Shown in pieces: positions 23,578 to 38,722 of a stretch of 64,000 bases of DNA. The DNA is from Gordius albopunctatus. Its lineage: Eukaryota. The notes under the pieces are model-generated. The model was not told the origin of the DNA. It worked only from the letters and a program-made list of their open reading frames with translations, and did no database searches. The stretch is taken from positions 15,066,001-15,130,000 of the forward strand of contig OZ193909.1 in NCBI GenBank assembly GCA_964276515.1, read 5' to 3'. Made by a program: the position numbers and the translations under genes. Each line of letters begins with the position of its first letter. The first letter of the stretch is position 1.

Positions 23578-26108
23578 TACACATCTTTTGTTTCATTTTG
23601 CAGTTGATATGCGGTTTTCTGCTTAATTCATGCGATAATAAATGTTTTTCGATTTATTGATTAATAAATTTCAATTTTTCTATTACAATCCCATCGCGAT
23701 CGCATAAATTATTTTAGTAATTAAAAAATTTCTCGCCGTCTCAAACGTTGTGAATTACTTGAAAAGTCAACATATACTTCCTCCAATGATTAATTAAAAT
23801 CCAACGGCTAATGTCTATCGATTCAGTAGCTTTACGTTAATTACGAGAAATGGCATTTAATTAAAACAAAATATAAAATACTCTCGCTTTTTTTATAGGC
23901 AAGGGCCCTCTTATGGATTCTGAAAACGTAATTTCTTGCTTCACAAATATAAAATTTTCTAAATGGACATTGCATAATCTATTAATTTCTTAATTTAATC
24001 CCACCGCCTTCATTCCACCGTTCCAAGCTATATATATTGTCTAAATAATTTAAAGGCCGATTTGAATTAAACCAATTTATAATTCTGTTTAAACTTTTTT
24101 GCCTTATTATTTAGCTATTGTTATGTCATAATTGTAAGGGTGCGTCTTAAAATGCGATTTTGCATAGATGCAAAAAAACGAATGAATGTTAGTACATAGC
24201 CGCGTCTTAATACGAGCGTCACGTCATTTTTTTCTATTTTTGTCCTGTTTTTGCTCATAAAACAAATATTTATCCTTTAATTACGCTTATTAATGCATAT
24301 TATTCATATGGTAACTAAACTAAAATTGTTGTCCCCACGACATGTATATCGCATATTTAGACAAACAAAAATATGGCGCTTGAAGTTGAATTGTATATTA
24401 AGCCTGGCCCTAAGAACGAGTAGAGGTCTAAAAAATAGCGCTTGATTGGCCTGATATACATTTATAAAGGTGTATAAAAAACTAGCGACTGAAACTTAAA
24501 AAAATATAACAATAATTGAACAAATCTATTTTTAATCGCTAAATTGGTAAATCCTTACTCTGAAGTTTAATTATTACATTAAATTTTATTTATAAAAAGC
24601 AAAACAAATGGGATTTTGATTCTCTATTCATTTTAATTATATTCAATAAATTTAACATTTGAAATTTCTCCAAAAGGTTGAAATTTAAAAGAGACACTGG
24701 GTAGGGGGGTGGAGAATTTTGAGCTTGGATAGGGTTCGCAAAGTCTAACTCAAGCCCAAGGTCCGAATATTTTATTAATTTTTGCCCTAGCCCGGCTCTG
24801 CAGACGAGTCTTTGAGACGGATTAAAGTCTTTTTGCATAACAACTGATATTTTAGGTTAATTATTTGTAGATTTACAAGGTGATCGCCAGGTCACAAAAA
24901 TGTCTAAGCGAAAAATTGGTATTTTTACCTCCTCCTGGCCTCCTTGATTTTATTAACACATCTATTGTAAATAGTTAGGGATGCCGATGGTATTAGTCAA
25001 TAATTCCTATTTTAATTAACAATTCAAATCTTAGTCATCATAAAAAACCGACATTATTCACTATTAGCTATGGGTTCAAGGCTGACGTCTTCGTAAAACC
25101 TAAAAGATTCAATAAAATCTCAATTCTTTAATACTTTGAATAGGCCTGGCCATAAAAATATTCTTAAAATATACTTATTATCGTTGTTAAATAGACTTTA
25201 AAAATATAACTCACTCTAATTATTCCCAAGATAATTTATTAAGGCTATTTTTGATGGAAGTATTTTATCGTTTGTCAATATAACGGAAGGATATATCTTT
25301 TAACGCCAATGACAATAAATCATAGGCTAATTTTAAATTCATCACACCATACAGTTTTAAAGTTAGATCCTGGTATAAGGTGCTAAATTTTATCTGTAAA
25401 ATACCTTACATAATTAATTCAGTTTAAGGGACATTAAAAAACCTTTTTATACTACGTTATGCTTTTAATGAATATTTATATCTGAATAATATACAGCTTT
25501 TGCAAAGATAAATTTACATTATCTTCCAATTTGGAAAGAGTTGTGAATATTTAGGGTTGATGATATGTATCTCTAAAGTTGTTTGTAAATATGTTATTAT
25601 TACAATAGTCAAACGAAAACACTTATAACTAATATTTGAATTTCGCTTGCTTATCTATTCTATACTATACATTTATAATAGAGTAACTTAAAACTGCCTC
25701 AAGTCTTTTTAAATTTTGACCGAAAAATTTATATTTAATTTTTACGTTAGCATCTCCCAATTTCCGTCTAAAACTTTTATTTATATATCAGATAAACGGA
25801 AATTTGTGTGGCCGTAACTAAACCCCTTTAAAAGTGAACTTGCTGATATTTTGTATCGAGTTGAATTGTTTGAATATTACTTAAAGATGTACATTATATT
25901 GGAATGTACATTATATTTAAAAAACCGAATCGCAGAGTTAAGCAATACCGTTGCCGCAATTTTATCACTAGAAAAGATGTTTAGGCACTAAAAACCAACA
26001 TTTTAAGCTTTTAAACTAAGATATTAAGGTATTGATTTAACCGCTAAAAAGTAAAAAATATGCAGGCACCTAATATTTTAAAAAATCTTTCCTGTAGGCA
26101 AAGACATA

Positions 26109-26272
26109 CATGGGTGTAGTCAGTGGCGGGGCAGGAAGGGGCGGCTGCCCCCCTCTAAATCCAAAAATTTGTTGAAATTTATTAAAATTATGGCTAAAAT
26201 TTGAAAAAATTATCATTTTGCCTCTCCCTAAATCTTTTCCCCCCTCTAATTCCAATACTGGCCACGCCGGTG
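26109..26272. mobile_element. hAT-type MITE, family A
   Basis: Degenerate TIRs, family-A body, perfect 8-bp TSD aagacata. Confidence 0.9.
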
Positions 26273-27129
26273 AAGACATATATTGTAAAACCAATATGAG
26301 GAATGATACCTTATTTTGCTTCTTTTGTTTGCGATAAATTATACACTAGAAAAGGCGTTCCACTTTAACTAAGAAAACAAGACAATGTTTTAGGTTCTTC
26401 ACACCTTGAACTAGGAATTCACTTTGATTTTTGTCATTCTTATCGTTTAATATGTTACCACCATTATTATTTCTAACTCCCTCTACTTTATCCCCACACC
26501 TCCCTCTATCTAGAATATTCGCTAAAAAAATCCTTTCGTATCCATTTTTTTTTAATTTATCAAAATTTTCTTGCCATATGTCGAGTAATGTTGAAATGTT
26601 TAAAACCACTGGTAAAACGACGACGTTCCGTTTCATCATTTAAATCTCGGCATAATAATACTAAATTCAAAATCGTTTAAAATTTTGTAGATCATCTATA
26701 ATTTTGTAGTTTATAAAATAATAGATCTAATTATTGTGATTCAATTATATAATATCCTATTGGAATCCAATTAATAACTAAAATGAAAAATTGAGTTTAT
26801 GTTTTTTTGAAATTAATGAACACTTTTGAATTCGCTGCGCCTAACTGATAACATTACATCTATCTGATAAGAATCTAAATTTAAGGGCTGCCATTATAGG
26901 TAATACTAATGGCAGAATAGGCAAAAAAGTGCTTCGCGGAAAGCAGCTTTAATTAAAATTATGCAAATTGCGAAATTTACCCACACCTCCAACATTTGCC
27001 TAACTACCATGCTGCTTAATGCTTATCATGTCGAAGAGCCTGATCCTACTAAAAGTAACACAGTTATAGTCCTATATAATAGCTAAAGACCTTTTTTGAT
27101 CATGGCTGGAAATTTGGAAAGGATTGCGT

Positions 27130-28050
27130 TAACAGGTCTTTATTATTATTATTCTTCTTTGATGGTTATTTATTAGTCAATGGCGCAAGAAGCGGTTAAG
27201 TGTGGAAAAGTTAAACATACATAAACAAAAATAAGAGGTTGCTGTAAAGATATCCAAAGACAATAGATATTGCTAAAATTCTTTAATTGTGAAATTGTAT
27301 TAACTACTTGTACAAATAGTTTTTACAGGTTGTTATAGCAATATATATAAAAGTAAGTTATCGACGATAGCTTAAAAACTTTAAATTCCCAATTTCTTTA
27401 TATAATCTCCATCCTGATATGTCTAATCCTTCTTTCCCACCATGTGTTTGCTATTTAAAACGTATATACTTTCAAAAGGATTAAGCAATCTTTCTAATCC
27501 ATTTTGCATTAAATAAAATCCGCAAGGTTTATTTTAACTAAATAGTATCCCCAAATGATTTAAATAACACAGCGATCTATACTTATACTTCCATTAGTGG
27601 ATATCAAATAATTTTAGCGGATTTTTCAAACTAATTTGGTACATCATTAGATTGCCATAAATCTTAAGATTTAAGCTGCCATTGTATATAAAACTTTCTT
27701 AACCAAAGTATATTTTACACAATATGTCCCTAGTGTCCAATAAATTCGATAAACGGGACAATATATTGGATTTCAATTCGATCTCTTGTATTGATTTACA
27801 CCCACTCCCATTATAAGTGAGCACCCCTTCGACGTGCTTTAGGCAGGCATATGATAGGATGATGATTTACCATAATGCCACCTCTTTTTAATGTTTTGCC
27901 ATAGGAAACGAAGACGTTTATTGCCTATTGTGTTATTAAATGTATTTAACTAAAATACCCTCCCGCTCTTTAAATAAACCGAAGGGCGGAAGGCTAAATT
28001 TAATTCAAAGAACGTAAGCAAGTTATGAAATGGATTTTAACTTAGGGTAT
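27130..28050 (-). pseudogene. Possible very decayed LINE RT remnant
   Basis: The minus strand shows ordered but frameshifted traces resembling RQGCSL (~27830) and FK.LGILF (~27555). No intact ORF. Confidence 0.25.
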
Positions 28051-31000
28051 TGAGGCCATTATCGGATAGTTAAACACATACATATAGTATTTAAAGTCAC
28101 CAAAGTACAAGTTATATTTGTAGCATATTCTCAAGTCTCATAATTAATTGTTCTTATTAATAACTTAAATATCATAAAAATCTGGAACTTAAATATATTT
28201 AGGCAAGACCTTCAATTTTAGGCTATAATCGTTTAAGGCGTTAGTCGTTCTGTGAAGTTATACATTTCAATAAAGTTTGTTAATTTTGCATGTCAGAATC
28301 ATATGAGGAGCATGAGATTTTTGCGATGTGTATTGTATACCATTGTGAGATGCAGTTAGAATAGTAGTAAGGGAGATTTGCGAAAATAAAATAAATATTT
28401 GTATATCTTGTCTCGATGATATATAAAGTATTGATTTTTCCCTAGTCTTCTACTAAAAAAGATTTATTAGAGTAAAGAAAGAAGCATTACAATACCAACT
28501 ACGGGTACCGTCGTTGATCAAGTGCAATATTGTATAAGTATGTTAAGTAATCGGTGTGTATATTATTACATTTAATGGTTTCGATTTAATGCTAGTAACG
28601 ACTGTGCGAGCTAGGTGTTATAGGAAAAAGGAGCCATTTAATTTGTACATATCCCCCTTCAACATCCCCACTTCTATAACACTACCACATCCTACTACCC
28701 TAAGAGCACTCGTTCCGACCGGTAAAGTGGGGAACGAACATTATAATTAATCTTTGGGTGTCTTCCATCCTCTCTCTCTCTCAAAATCACAAGATTCTAT
28801 CACTTATACAATGACACACCAAGACTCCTTATTACATAGGAGATAAATTATGTAAATGCTCATAGTATTATAACATTACCAACGAATCAAAATATCCTTC
28901 CAGCCTCTCATTAATAATTTATTACAAATTTATGTACCGTTGGCCATGAATTAAAACTATAATTTTCGTCAAAATTTATATTCATTGTTGACCCTTACCC
29001 GAAATCAACCTATTCGTAAATCAAAAGTATAACAATATAAATACTTTGTTAAGTGTTTAAGTTGCTGAATTTTTATATAATTTTATGGCTTGAATGAAAT
29101 ATGCTAGTTATATTGTGCATGAATACAACATGGTTTTTGAATTCAAATGGTATAAATCATAAAAATATTAATAAATCACAGAAATGTATACATATCGAAT
29201 AAAAATTATATAATGTAAAAAACTAGATTAATAAATCTTTTAGGTTAAAAAGTAAACAAATAATTTATGAAGCCCGATTTTAATGTAATTTGAGCATGTT
29301 AATATATAATTATGAGTCAAATTAATTGAAGCCATAAAATTTCATCAATATTTAATGTTTTAAATGGTTGCTATTAGCAAATCGTTTCATTAATAAAGCT
29401 TAATTGCTTAAATATATCATTAATTATAACAATTAATGAGTATAAATAATATATTTTTATTGACTGTTTAAAATTTTATAAAGATTTACAAAAACTGCAA
29501 CGACTATATAACAGATTAAGTATAGTTAACTTTTAATTCTCAATTTTGGTACGTTTCATATGACAAGACAGGTAGGAAACAATTTTTTTATAATTTTTTC
29601 AGCTTGTTATCTTTTATTTTAAAATAATCAGATCCCTCTAAACTTTATTAAGTGTTTGTTTAGATGATATTATAGATTTTAATTATTATTGAACAAAATT
29701 CGTGGATTTTTAAATGTTTTTTTAGCCTAAGCTTAAAGGCTATTATAATTTAAAATCTATAAATTGGTACAATACTTTTTATTTCCGGATTTATATAAAT
29801 GAATATAGAAAGCGTTTAGACATCGCTCATTTGTAATTCATTTAACGGCTCTTTTTATAGTCTAATAGATTAATTTTAAAACTTGTTTGACGTTTAATTA
29901 ACAATTTTGTGTTTATTTGCCGATATATATTATCGGCTAATGTGGCTAATTGAACTATTTTAAAACTTTTCAATATTATTTTATTTTTATGTGAAAACAA
30001 ATTAGATATGTACTAAGCAGTCTGTCTATATATATTATAAAAATGTTCGTATTATTTTCAAAGGCGCTACACAGTCTTTAGTTGAATTTTCTTATTAACT
30101 GAAAATAACTAATAATTTAAATAAATAACATTTCTATTTTTATATGAGCTTTATAAATTTAAAACTCATCTTTGATATTAAAGAATCATAACAAAGGGCC
30201 TAAATCAGGAGTTTAATTATGGATGTGATGAAATGGAATTTATACTGATCATAATCAAATTTATAATATAGCCATAGTTTTGAATTCTTTTTGGCTGGAT
30301 TCGGCCGCCCCATTCTTTCACCCTAAAATTTAACGAGCAAATTAGTTTTTACATTAGGCTTAAAAACCGTAACAAATTATGGTCTTGAAAAATAACTAAA
30401 AAGGCTAAACAGATAGAAGGTTTTAGTTTAGTTTTAACTTGAACCTGACCCAACCCAAAGAGTTTTAGTATTGCAATCACCGCTCAAAAAGCACTCCTAC
30501 TTTGTGTAAGGCCCGACTTCATTAAACTACTTACAAAATAGGGTCTTGTAATCCATAGATTCTCAATCGAAAAGATAAAGACTCTTCCACCTAATGATTA
30601 CAGAGGAGGGGGGGGGGGTTGGCTCCAGTATATTCCTTATGACGACTTTAATTGGACGCGTAATTATGTGAAAAAATCTTTAATATAGAGCCAAAGAGGA
30701 CAGAGAGAAGTAAGGCAAGCTCTCTTCACCCCTTCTTACCTATATAAACAGTGCGCGTCGAGCAATTAATTTGCGCGGGGCGCCTGGCTTTCTTTTCTAA
30801 AGACCCGACTCAATGCCATGGCCAATTTGCTATTATAATTTAGGGCGCTTGAGTCATAAATTGGGCTTATCGATACTAATTATCTATATACCCTCACATA
30901 TTTTCCCCTTTGCCTATCCAATAAGGATTACATTTCATAACTTGATCAAGGAGCATACACTATTATATAAATCCTTGCTCGAGAAGGAGGTTATAATGAA

Positions 31001-32061
31001 AATATTATTATTGATTAATATTTTCTTTTTTTGACGACATGAAAAAATTAGTTTATTAGTTATCGATTATTTATGCTCAGCCCAAAACCCCTTTTCATAA
31101 TGAGTATGATTAGTTCGATTTAATCGCTTTACAACACAAAATCAGTGGGTTTCATTTTAAATGACTATAATGACCTATTTGTCATTGCGCGCGACGCGAA
31201 GGGTTAGCCAAAAAATGTCACAAAAATTAAAATATTTATTAAAATTAATTCTAATGTAATAATAAGGGCGATCCTATTGCATAGTTGCTTTAAGGTTTAG
31301 TTTTGACTTCCATATAAGTGCCTATTAATCAATAAATTTAGATATAAATAAACAAAATTAATTGATATAGTAGATAAAAAGTGTTTAGAAATCAACGGAA
31401 GGTTCACGTATATTCACTTATTATGTAATTGATTGGGCAAGTATAGAAAGATATAATTAGGAAAAATAAAAAAACATTACTTACTAATAATAATTTAAAT
31501 TTAAAGTTAAAATTAATAATTTTTTTATAATAGGTTAATCACATTATTATTAAAATTTATTTGTTTAAGGCATTAAAAGGGGACTAATATTACAGTATAA
31601 TGTGTTTAATAAAAGTTTAACTTTGGGAAAGGGTGACCTAAAAATGTTGTTATATTAACAAGGCAGGTTATAAATAATCACAAAAATCGATTTTTAGAGA
31701 TTATAGGATTATATGACTGATGTGTGTATATGTTTTGTTTTGGAATATTTAATGTTGTGTCAAAATTTATTCAAAATTAAATATGTTAGCACACTTATAG
31801 ACGATCATTCAAAAAAAGGTGTAGGTAATTAAATTATAAATTATGTAATACAAATTTGATTTATAAAATAAATTTAGCAAACTATCTAATTTAAGGCAGA
31901 ATAGAAGGGTAAAATCATTAATTTTTATATATAATCAGCCGAGAATTTATTTTCCAAGCTTTATTTTGACCATTATACAAAAAAATTTATTGTAATAGTA
32001 TTAATAAATTTTAACTTCTGCAAACCAATAATCCTAAGTTTAATTATAGGATTTTAGAATT

Positions 32062-32231
32062 CATCGGCGTAGCCGAGGGGAGAGGGACAGGGAGCCCCGG
32101 CTGCTCCCCTCTAAATCCAAAATTTGTTAAAATTTATTAAAATTATGGCTAAAATTTCAAAAAAAGATAATTTTGCCCCCCCCCCCAATCATTACCGCCC
32201 CCCCTCTAATTCCAATACTGGCTAGCTCATG
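32062..32231. mobile_element. hAT-type MITE, family A
   Basis: catcggcgtagcc...ctggctagctcatg, family-A body, TSD ttagaatt/ttaggatt. Confidence 0.88.
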
Positions 32232-35200
32232 TTAGGATTATACTTTGAGAGACACATTGTAAATTCATCAAGTGTTTTAAATGCTGTATCAAATGAAAAC
32301 AACATTTATTAAGATCTTTAAAGCAATGCTTTTTCGTTCATTAAACAAACGGACTGCCCACTTAATTTTATTTAATTCTTTAAATTTTACTACCTATAAA
32401 CTGGTTATTCCCCAAGGAAAAAATCCAAATTTTAGAAAGATGCCACTGACTGCGAGAGACTTTTATTTAAATCAATTGCTTTAAATGATTCATTCGATTT
32501 TTGCCTAGAAAAGCATGGTAACATACATATATGTAAATTTAACTTTCTCGCTATTCAACAATGCCTGTCCGAACCCATATTGTCCATGCACGGCTCTGCC
32601 CAATTGTTTGCACAAGGCAAACTCGTTTAGAGTAACGCTAGTTACTTGGAGTTATTGATTCATGCACATAATATAATATATTAAAGATCTTATTAAACAG
32701 GTTACAAATGCAAATAATATAAAAAATTCTCCATTCAATCGGAGGCATTATTAGTTAATGTCGCATCGATCATTTATGTGGAAAGTAATGACCCTTAAGA
32801 TATATGTCATTCCTTGGCAATTTATTGGTCTAACAAAGTCTAGAGATGGTTTTAAAAATATTATCATCTCCGTTATTTGTTATTGTTTTCTTCAGTGACT
32901 AAATGGTGTAACGTTTTAACTTAGTATTCTGTAAAAAGGGTTATGTGAAAATTCTGGCAAATTTTAGAGAAAAGAAATCTTAATTATAAACTTATTTGAT
33001 AATTTTAATAACCTTTAAACATTGGTTTTAACAATATATTGATTAGAGGTGTACCACCTAATTGATAAATATTTATTAAATCACTTTGTTTGCCGACTTC
33101 AAAATTCTATTAAAGTTTACCAACGTTTAAATGAGCTACTTTAAATGTTGTGCTAAATCATAAAAAACATAGGGTTGAATTAATGTTATAAAGCAATCTA
33201 TCACCTCGTTTCATATAACCCAGTTTCCCCTGCCAACAAACGAACATACATAAGCTGACCATTTTGATCATTAAACTTCTTTCAATATAGCCTTTATTAT
33301 TGTCTTTATTCTTGGCACCTTTTAAAAATGCTTTTCATCGGCCCTGGCCCAACTCGAGCTCAATATTTTTTTAATTTTTTGCCCAACCCGAATCCGAGGC
33401 AGGTCATCTTTTTTAATTTGCAGCTTTTAGGCAAATTTAAATTTGTTTTTATAGTATAAAAATTTGCAATGAAATGTATTATTTCTATTAAGAACTATAA
33501 TGATTGAAGTATAAAAAATCTAAATAATTTGTTACAATTTAATCAATTTTTTAACTATTAAACTATTAAGTTAGAAATATATATTTAACGGCTTACAAAG
33601 TCGTCGTTGTAATATTCTTTTTTTTAAAGTCTCAATAGACACAATTTATATTTTAGAGCTAGAGTATATTTCAAAAATCAGAAATTTTTTTACGGATTAC
33701 AACAAAAAAATGTATATTTCTGTATAAACATTCTATATTATTTAAATAGAGATGGGCTTTTCTGACTTGGGCTTGCTTTGGGTGTAGGGCCCTCTGTTCA
33801 GTGTTATAGTTGTTCTAAAATATATTTTTTATATTTAAATCCGATTGATTCTTAGTAATCGGCTAAAATACTTTTCTCGCTAATCAATTTGTCCAAAGGT
33901 CTCTTACATCTTCAAAATTTCAACGTTAAGCGTATTTATCTTGTTTACAAGCTCAAGGATTTTGTATTCCATTTAACCTGGATTATGGGAAAGAATTCAT
34001 AAAAATGAGAACTTTTCTTCATATTTAAAATTTTTTGGCTTTAGGCTTTAATTAAGGAATTTTATTCTTTTCTAATGATAATACATATTACATATATAAA
34101 ATGAAGCAATCCGTATTTAATAAAAAGCTGTTAGGTATCACGTTCAAAAAATGTTTTAAAGGAGTCTCGCTAGTGGGGCCGGGCCGGGCTCGGACCAAAA
34201 ATTAAAATTTTTGGGCTCGGGTCGGGCTGAGTCAACACCACCCGAGTTCCGAGTCCGGCCCGAGGCGAAATCTAGCTAAACGATTTTTTAAAAACTTTTT
34301 CCTATGAGGAGGCTATTTAGAGGATACAAAATATTTTTATGTTAAATGGGGTATTCTGAATAAATTTTTTTATGAGTTTAAATTTCAAAGGATCGGGCCC
34401 GGGCAAAATTAAAGAAAAAATGTCGGGATCGGGCCGAATATATTCTATTTTGAGGGGCTCTATGTCCGGTTAAATTTCTATATTAACTCTTTGTAATTTG
34501 GCTGCAATAAAGAAAAACGTTTTTTGCTAGAATTTGATTTGGTGAAATGATTCTCTCTTTAATATTTAGTGGAAACTTGGTATGGGACATAAGGCTTTAT
34601 ATGTCTATGCTCAATTAAAACCCTTTGCATCAATGAAAAACTTACAAAGGGCTTTTGTAATAAAATCATTGGATTTAAATCTCATCACTCAAAAGACGTA
34701 AGTTTAAAACTCCCTTTTTATTCGTTTAATAACATTAGAACTCGAACGAAATTGTAGAGTCGTATGTAAAATTGATATCTTTGGAAATAATGCGAATTTT
34801 TATTTTACATAAATGACATAACGGATAATACTTTGTTAAAACTCTTAAATTAGTATTAACACTTTTGGCCAACGTTGCAAATGTTTTTAAGTATATATAC
34901 ATACATATGCGCATACAATATTTTAACTGGAATATTTCTACAAAGAATGATAATAAAGAAGGTACCAATTGCACATAACTTACAATTTATTTAATAGTAT
35001 AAAAACCATAAAACAAGAAATTAAATAATAAAAAGATTAAATAAATAACAGATACTATACTGTAAGACTAGTAAGTTGCTCCTTAAATAGCCTCAAATTT
35101 CGGAAATTACCTAGGTGGAGTGTAAAAATATTATCACTTACACTTTAGTATACCTAAATTATTAATGATGAAGTGTTAAAATTTATGGTCCTTAAATTCT

Positions 35201-36546
35201 TTTATGGTTTTAATGGCTGCCTTTAATGGTCAAATTAAATAAAATTTATAAGGCCTTTCATCTTTGTGCCCGAAAATGGGAATCTCAACCCGATAGATCA
35301 TTAATTTTCTTATATTATATATCACACATACAAAGTATACACACAACTAAATATATTTGAATCGGTAAAAGAATTATAAAAATTACGTAAAATTCACTAA
35401 ATATTAAATTGTGTCGAGGAAATTGACCTCATTTTATGGATTAAAAATATTAATTTATGTTTTTTTAATTGTATACAAATATAAGATCATTTCATATTAA
35501 AGATCCATAAACTGGGATTGTACTAAATTTAACAGTCTAGAATTTTATTTAAAATATAGCTCGGACAACTGTAACATATTTTGGGCTAGGCCAGGACGGA
35601 TGAGATTAAGGTCAAATAGATACACAATGACTTAAGAATATGATAAATATTGATTTTAAATTTAAATTAAAGCTTCTCTAATTAATGATTTGTTATGCTT
35701 AAATAAAGATTTCTCCCATCAATATTAATAAATATTAAGTTTATTCATAATTAAAATAAAAAATGTCAGCTCAAAAGTTTTTGCAATTTAAGGCACAGTA
35801 TGCTTTCAATCGATTCTATAAATTATTAATTTTATAGATTTTATATCATATATCTCTACTTTATACATATTGAGGTAGATTATAAAATATTTTCCTCTTT
35901 AATTATCCCAAATTGTTCCATAAAGCCCCCGATCTCACCTAGTTCCATTTTCAATAACTGACTTTGGTGTTGTTATTGTGGAGATCGTTTAAACGCCACA
36001 TTGCGCTAATTTTTAACAATTTGTATTAGGTGTGAAATAAACGCCTGCAACGGTCTCTTTAGGTTAATCTGCCGCCGGTTTCAAAAATTTAAAACCCCGA
36101 ACCGGACCCGTCAAAACAATAAATGAAAGGCCCGTGCTCGGAAAGGCTAATTTGATTCAAAGCCCGGTGCAATTTTTTATTTTGCTTATTTATAAATTTT
36201 ATTTTTTCCCCGAAATTATTTAAACAATATATGTACGTACAAATTATAATAGCAATCATGTAAAAGTAATTAGTTAACTTATAATTTACGTACTTAAAAA
36301 AATTATTCTTTTTTGTATACATTTCATATCAACCCGTTAAAATTCAAAAAAGGCAAGGAGGTTAAAATTTTAAAGTAAAAATTTCAAAAAAAACTTCATA
36401 AACCCCTCTATATCCCCACTGATTCATATCTAGGCTAAAGCCATGTAACCATCCCATTAAAATTTAAACCCACCCCCACCCAGGTAAATTATAAAAAAAA
36501 GGAGTGATTAGCATTATTTATTACAAAAACATACATTAGTCATAAT

Positions 36547-36710
36547 CATGGGCGTAGCCAGGGGGGGCAGGGAGGGGCAGCTGCCCCCTCTGAATTTGAA
36601 AATTTGTCGAATTTTATGAAAATTATGGCCAAAATTTCATGAAATAATCATTTTGCCCCTCCTCGAATCATTATTGCCCCCCTCTAATCCCAATGCTGGC
36701 TACGCCCATG
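36547..36710. mobile_element. hAT-type MITE, family A (best-preserved copy, 164 bp)
   Basis: Perfect 15-bp TIR catgggcgtagccag / ctggctacgcccatg; perfect 8-bp TSD gtcataat. Confidence 0.95.
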
Positions 36711-37384
36711 GTCATAATAAATTCGGTATACAAGATAACGTGTCCACTAATAAACCATAAAAAATAAAAACACAAAATTATACCTTTAGCAAAATGGTTT
36801 ATTTTGTTCCATTTTTATTGCTGTTCAACCATCTCAAACATTATATTAAAACAATATTTTAATTTATTTACACGTAAGTAAACTTTATTTAAACAATTGT
36901 ACCATATAAATCACTGTAATATTTTTATATAACAATTTAATTTAATTTACAGCGCATATTTAAGAGAATGCTAATTGTTCACAAAAGCCTTTAAATCTCC
37001 TCATTGTCTCAAGTAATGTGGACCGGGCTTTGATTGAATAACCATAATCTGTCATCAATACCATTGACAACCGAGTCGCGTCCCCTCACAGCAACAAATT
37101 TTCAATTTTTCCCAACACCATTTATCATTGCAAAAAGCGAAGGGAACAAACAAGGGATGGGAAAGCATGTGAGCTAAAATTTGGAAAATAAAAATTGGAT
37201 TAAATATTTGACATTTCTAGCCAACTTCCCCCGTCTCTATTTTTGATCGGATTAGCACTTTATCCATGCACCTCGCGCTAGAGTCTACTGCCATTCTTCA
37301 AGTCCGGCCTTATTTTGGATTTTAGAGTTTTTTTTGTCCAACTCCTGGCAACTTTGCATTTGAAAAATTATTTTGGGTTTGCAG

Positions 37385-37485
37385 ATGGCTATGTCGCAAG
37401 AGAAATTGTTGGATGAAATTAATTCCTATTTACCCGAATTCTGGAAAGCTCAAATTACACCCTACGGACGCTTGTTCTACCACAA
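37385..37485 (+). CDS. Probable first coding exon of a WW-domain protein (downstream exons not identified)
   Basis: After tttgcag, ATG opens MAMSQEKLLDEINSYLPEFWKAQITPYGRLFYH(N/K) and ends at AA|GT. LPxxW..x..T.xGRxFY is the N-terminal half of a WW domain. Confidence 0.55.
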
Positions 37486-38438
37486 GTATATTTTATTTGC
37501 ATATGGTTTATATTATGAGATTTATTATAATATTCAAATAAGTTGCATTTTTTGATGGAAAACTACATATTTTCAGGTCATTTTACTTCAAAATTTGGTT
37601 AAACAAGTCGTATAAATTGTTTTATAAGTGGATAATTTGGAGGGTAACTGCTAAACAATTTTAAAAAACAAACTTTGACTCTTTTTAACTTTTATAGTAA
37701 ATATTTAATAATTTGTTGGCAGATTGTAAGCTTTAGACTTGTAAAAATTGACGCAGGTAGCAATCCGCCAAAAAAACGCGAACGTTTCATGTCCGTTAAA
37801 ATAGTCTTATACACCATACCTTATATGTTGACTATTAAATTTAATGATGCAATACATAAATGGGCACCATTTAATTTCATTATTTTTATCGATGTACAAC
37901 TCCCAAATTTGGGCATAACTAGCATAGATGATTAAATGGTTTAATAAAAAACAACTATATTATAAATCATTAACAATTATTTTGAGAACTCATCTTCTTT
38001 AAGTATGTTTGTCAAAATAACTTGATTATTTATTATTATTTAAGGTAGAGAACTGCAAAGTCACTTTGTTGACCCAACACTGACCCGGCCCGAAAATTTT
38101 TAAACGTTTTCAACCCGAACCCGACCCGCAAGTATTTTAAAGTTCTTAATCCGAACCAGACCCGGCCCGATCCAAAAACGTTTAAATTTTTACGAATCTC
38201 TCCCGAACGCGTTTCAATTTTTGGTATTTGACGCGAGTGCATGAAAAATTGCTGTATGTAAAATTCAATCGACAAATTAAAGTGCGATTTAGTAAACTAA
38301 TTGATACCACATATTTTGATCACTAATTTATTTGAATGATTTATTATAATAGATTTTATTAGGTACTTATTCGAATGGATGATTATAATGATGTAAAAAT
38401 ATGATAGTTGTCGTAAGTGGTAGGGTTCAGTACTGTGT

Positions 38439-38722
38439 CAGGCGCATAGCCAGGATTTTCTGAAGGGGCAAGAAAATTTCAAAAAAAATTTCGACGCTTT
38501 TATTTATAAGATGTAACAAAAGTAAACTTCGCTTACAATATAAGCGAAACTTCAAGGCGCTGCTATATAACCAGCTTTGGAAAAATCTCCTCTCTTCATT
38601 AATCAGAGCATTTATAATCGATTTTATACCTTAAAAAAGGACATGGAGCTACAAAAAAAATTTTAAATTTTGGTCAAGGGGCCAGAAAATTCCCACTTTC
38701 TGCCCCGTTGGCTACGCGCCTG
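38439..38722. mobile_element. hAT-type MITE (TIR caggcgc(a/g)tagcca)
   Basis: caggcgcatagcca ... tggctacgcgcctg; flanks tactgtgt/ctatgtgt form a partial TSD. Confidence 0.75.

Noticed and set aside
24137..24460. Tc2/pogo-like element suggested by repeated gcgtcttaa motifs
   Set aside because: Only two short motifs; no TIR pair or TSD could be defined.
26346..26643. Overlapping 97-aa and 70-aa ORFs
   Set aside because: No motifs or convincing splice partners; length is compatible with chance. The same applies to most other 60-90 aa ORFs in the track.
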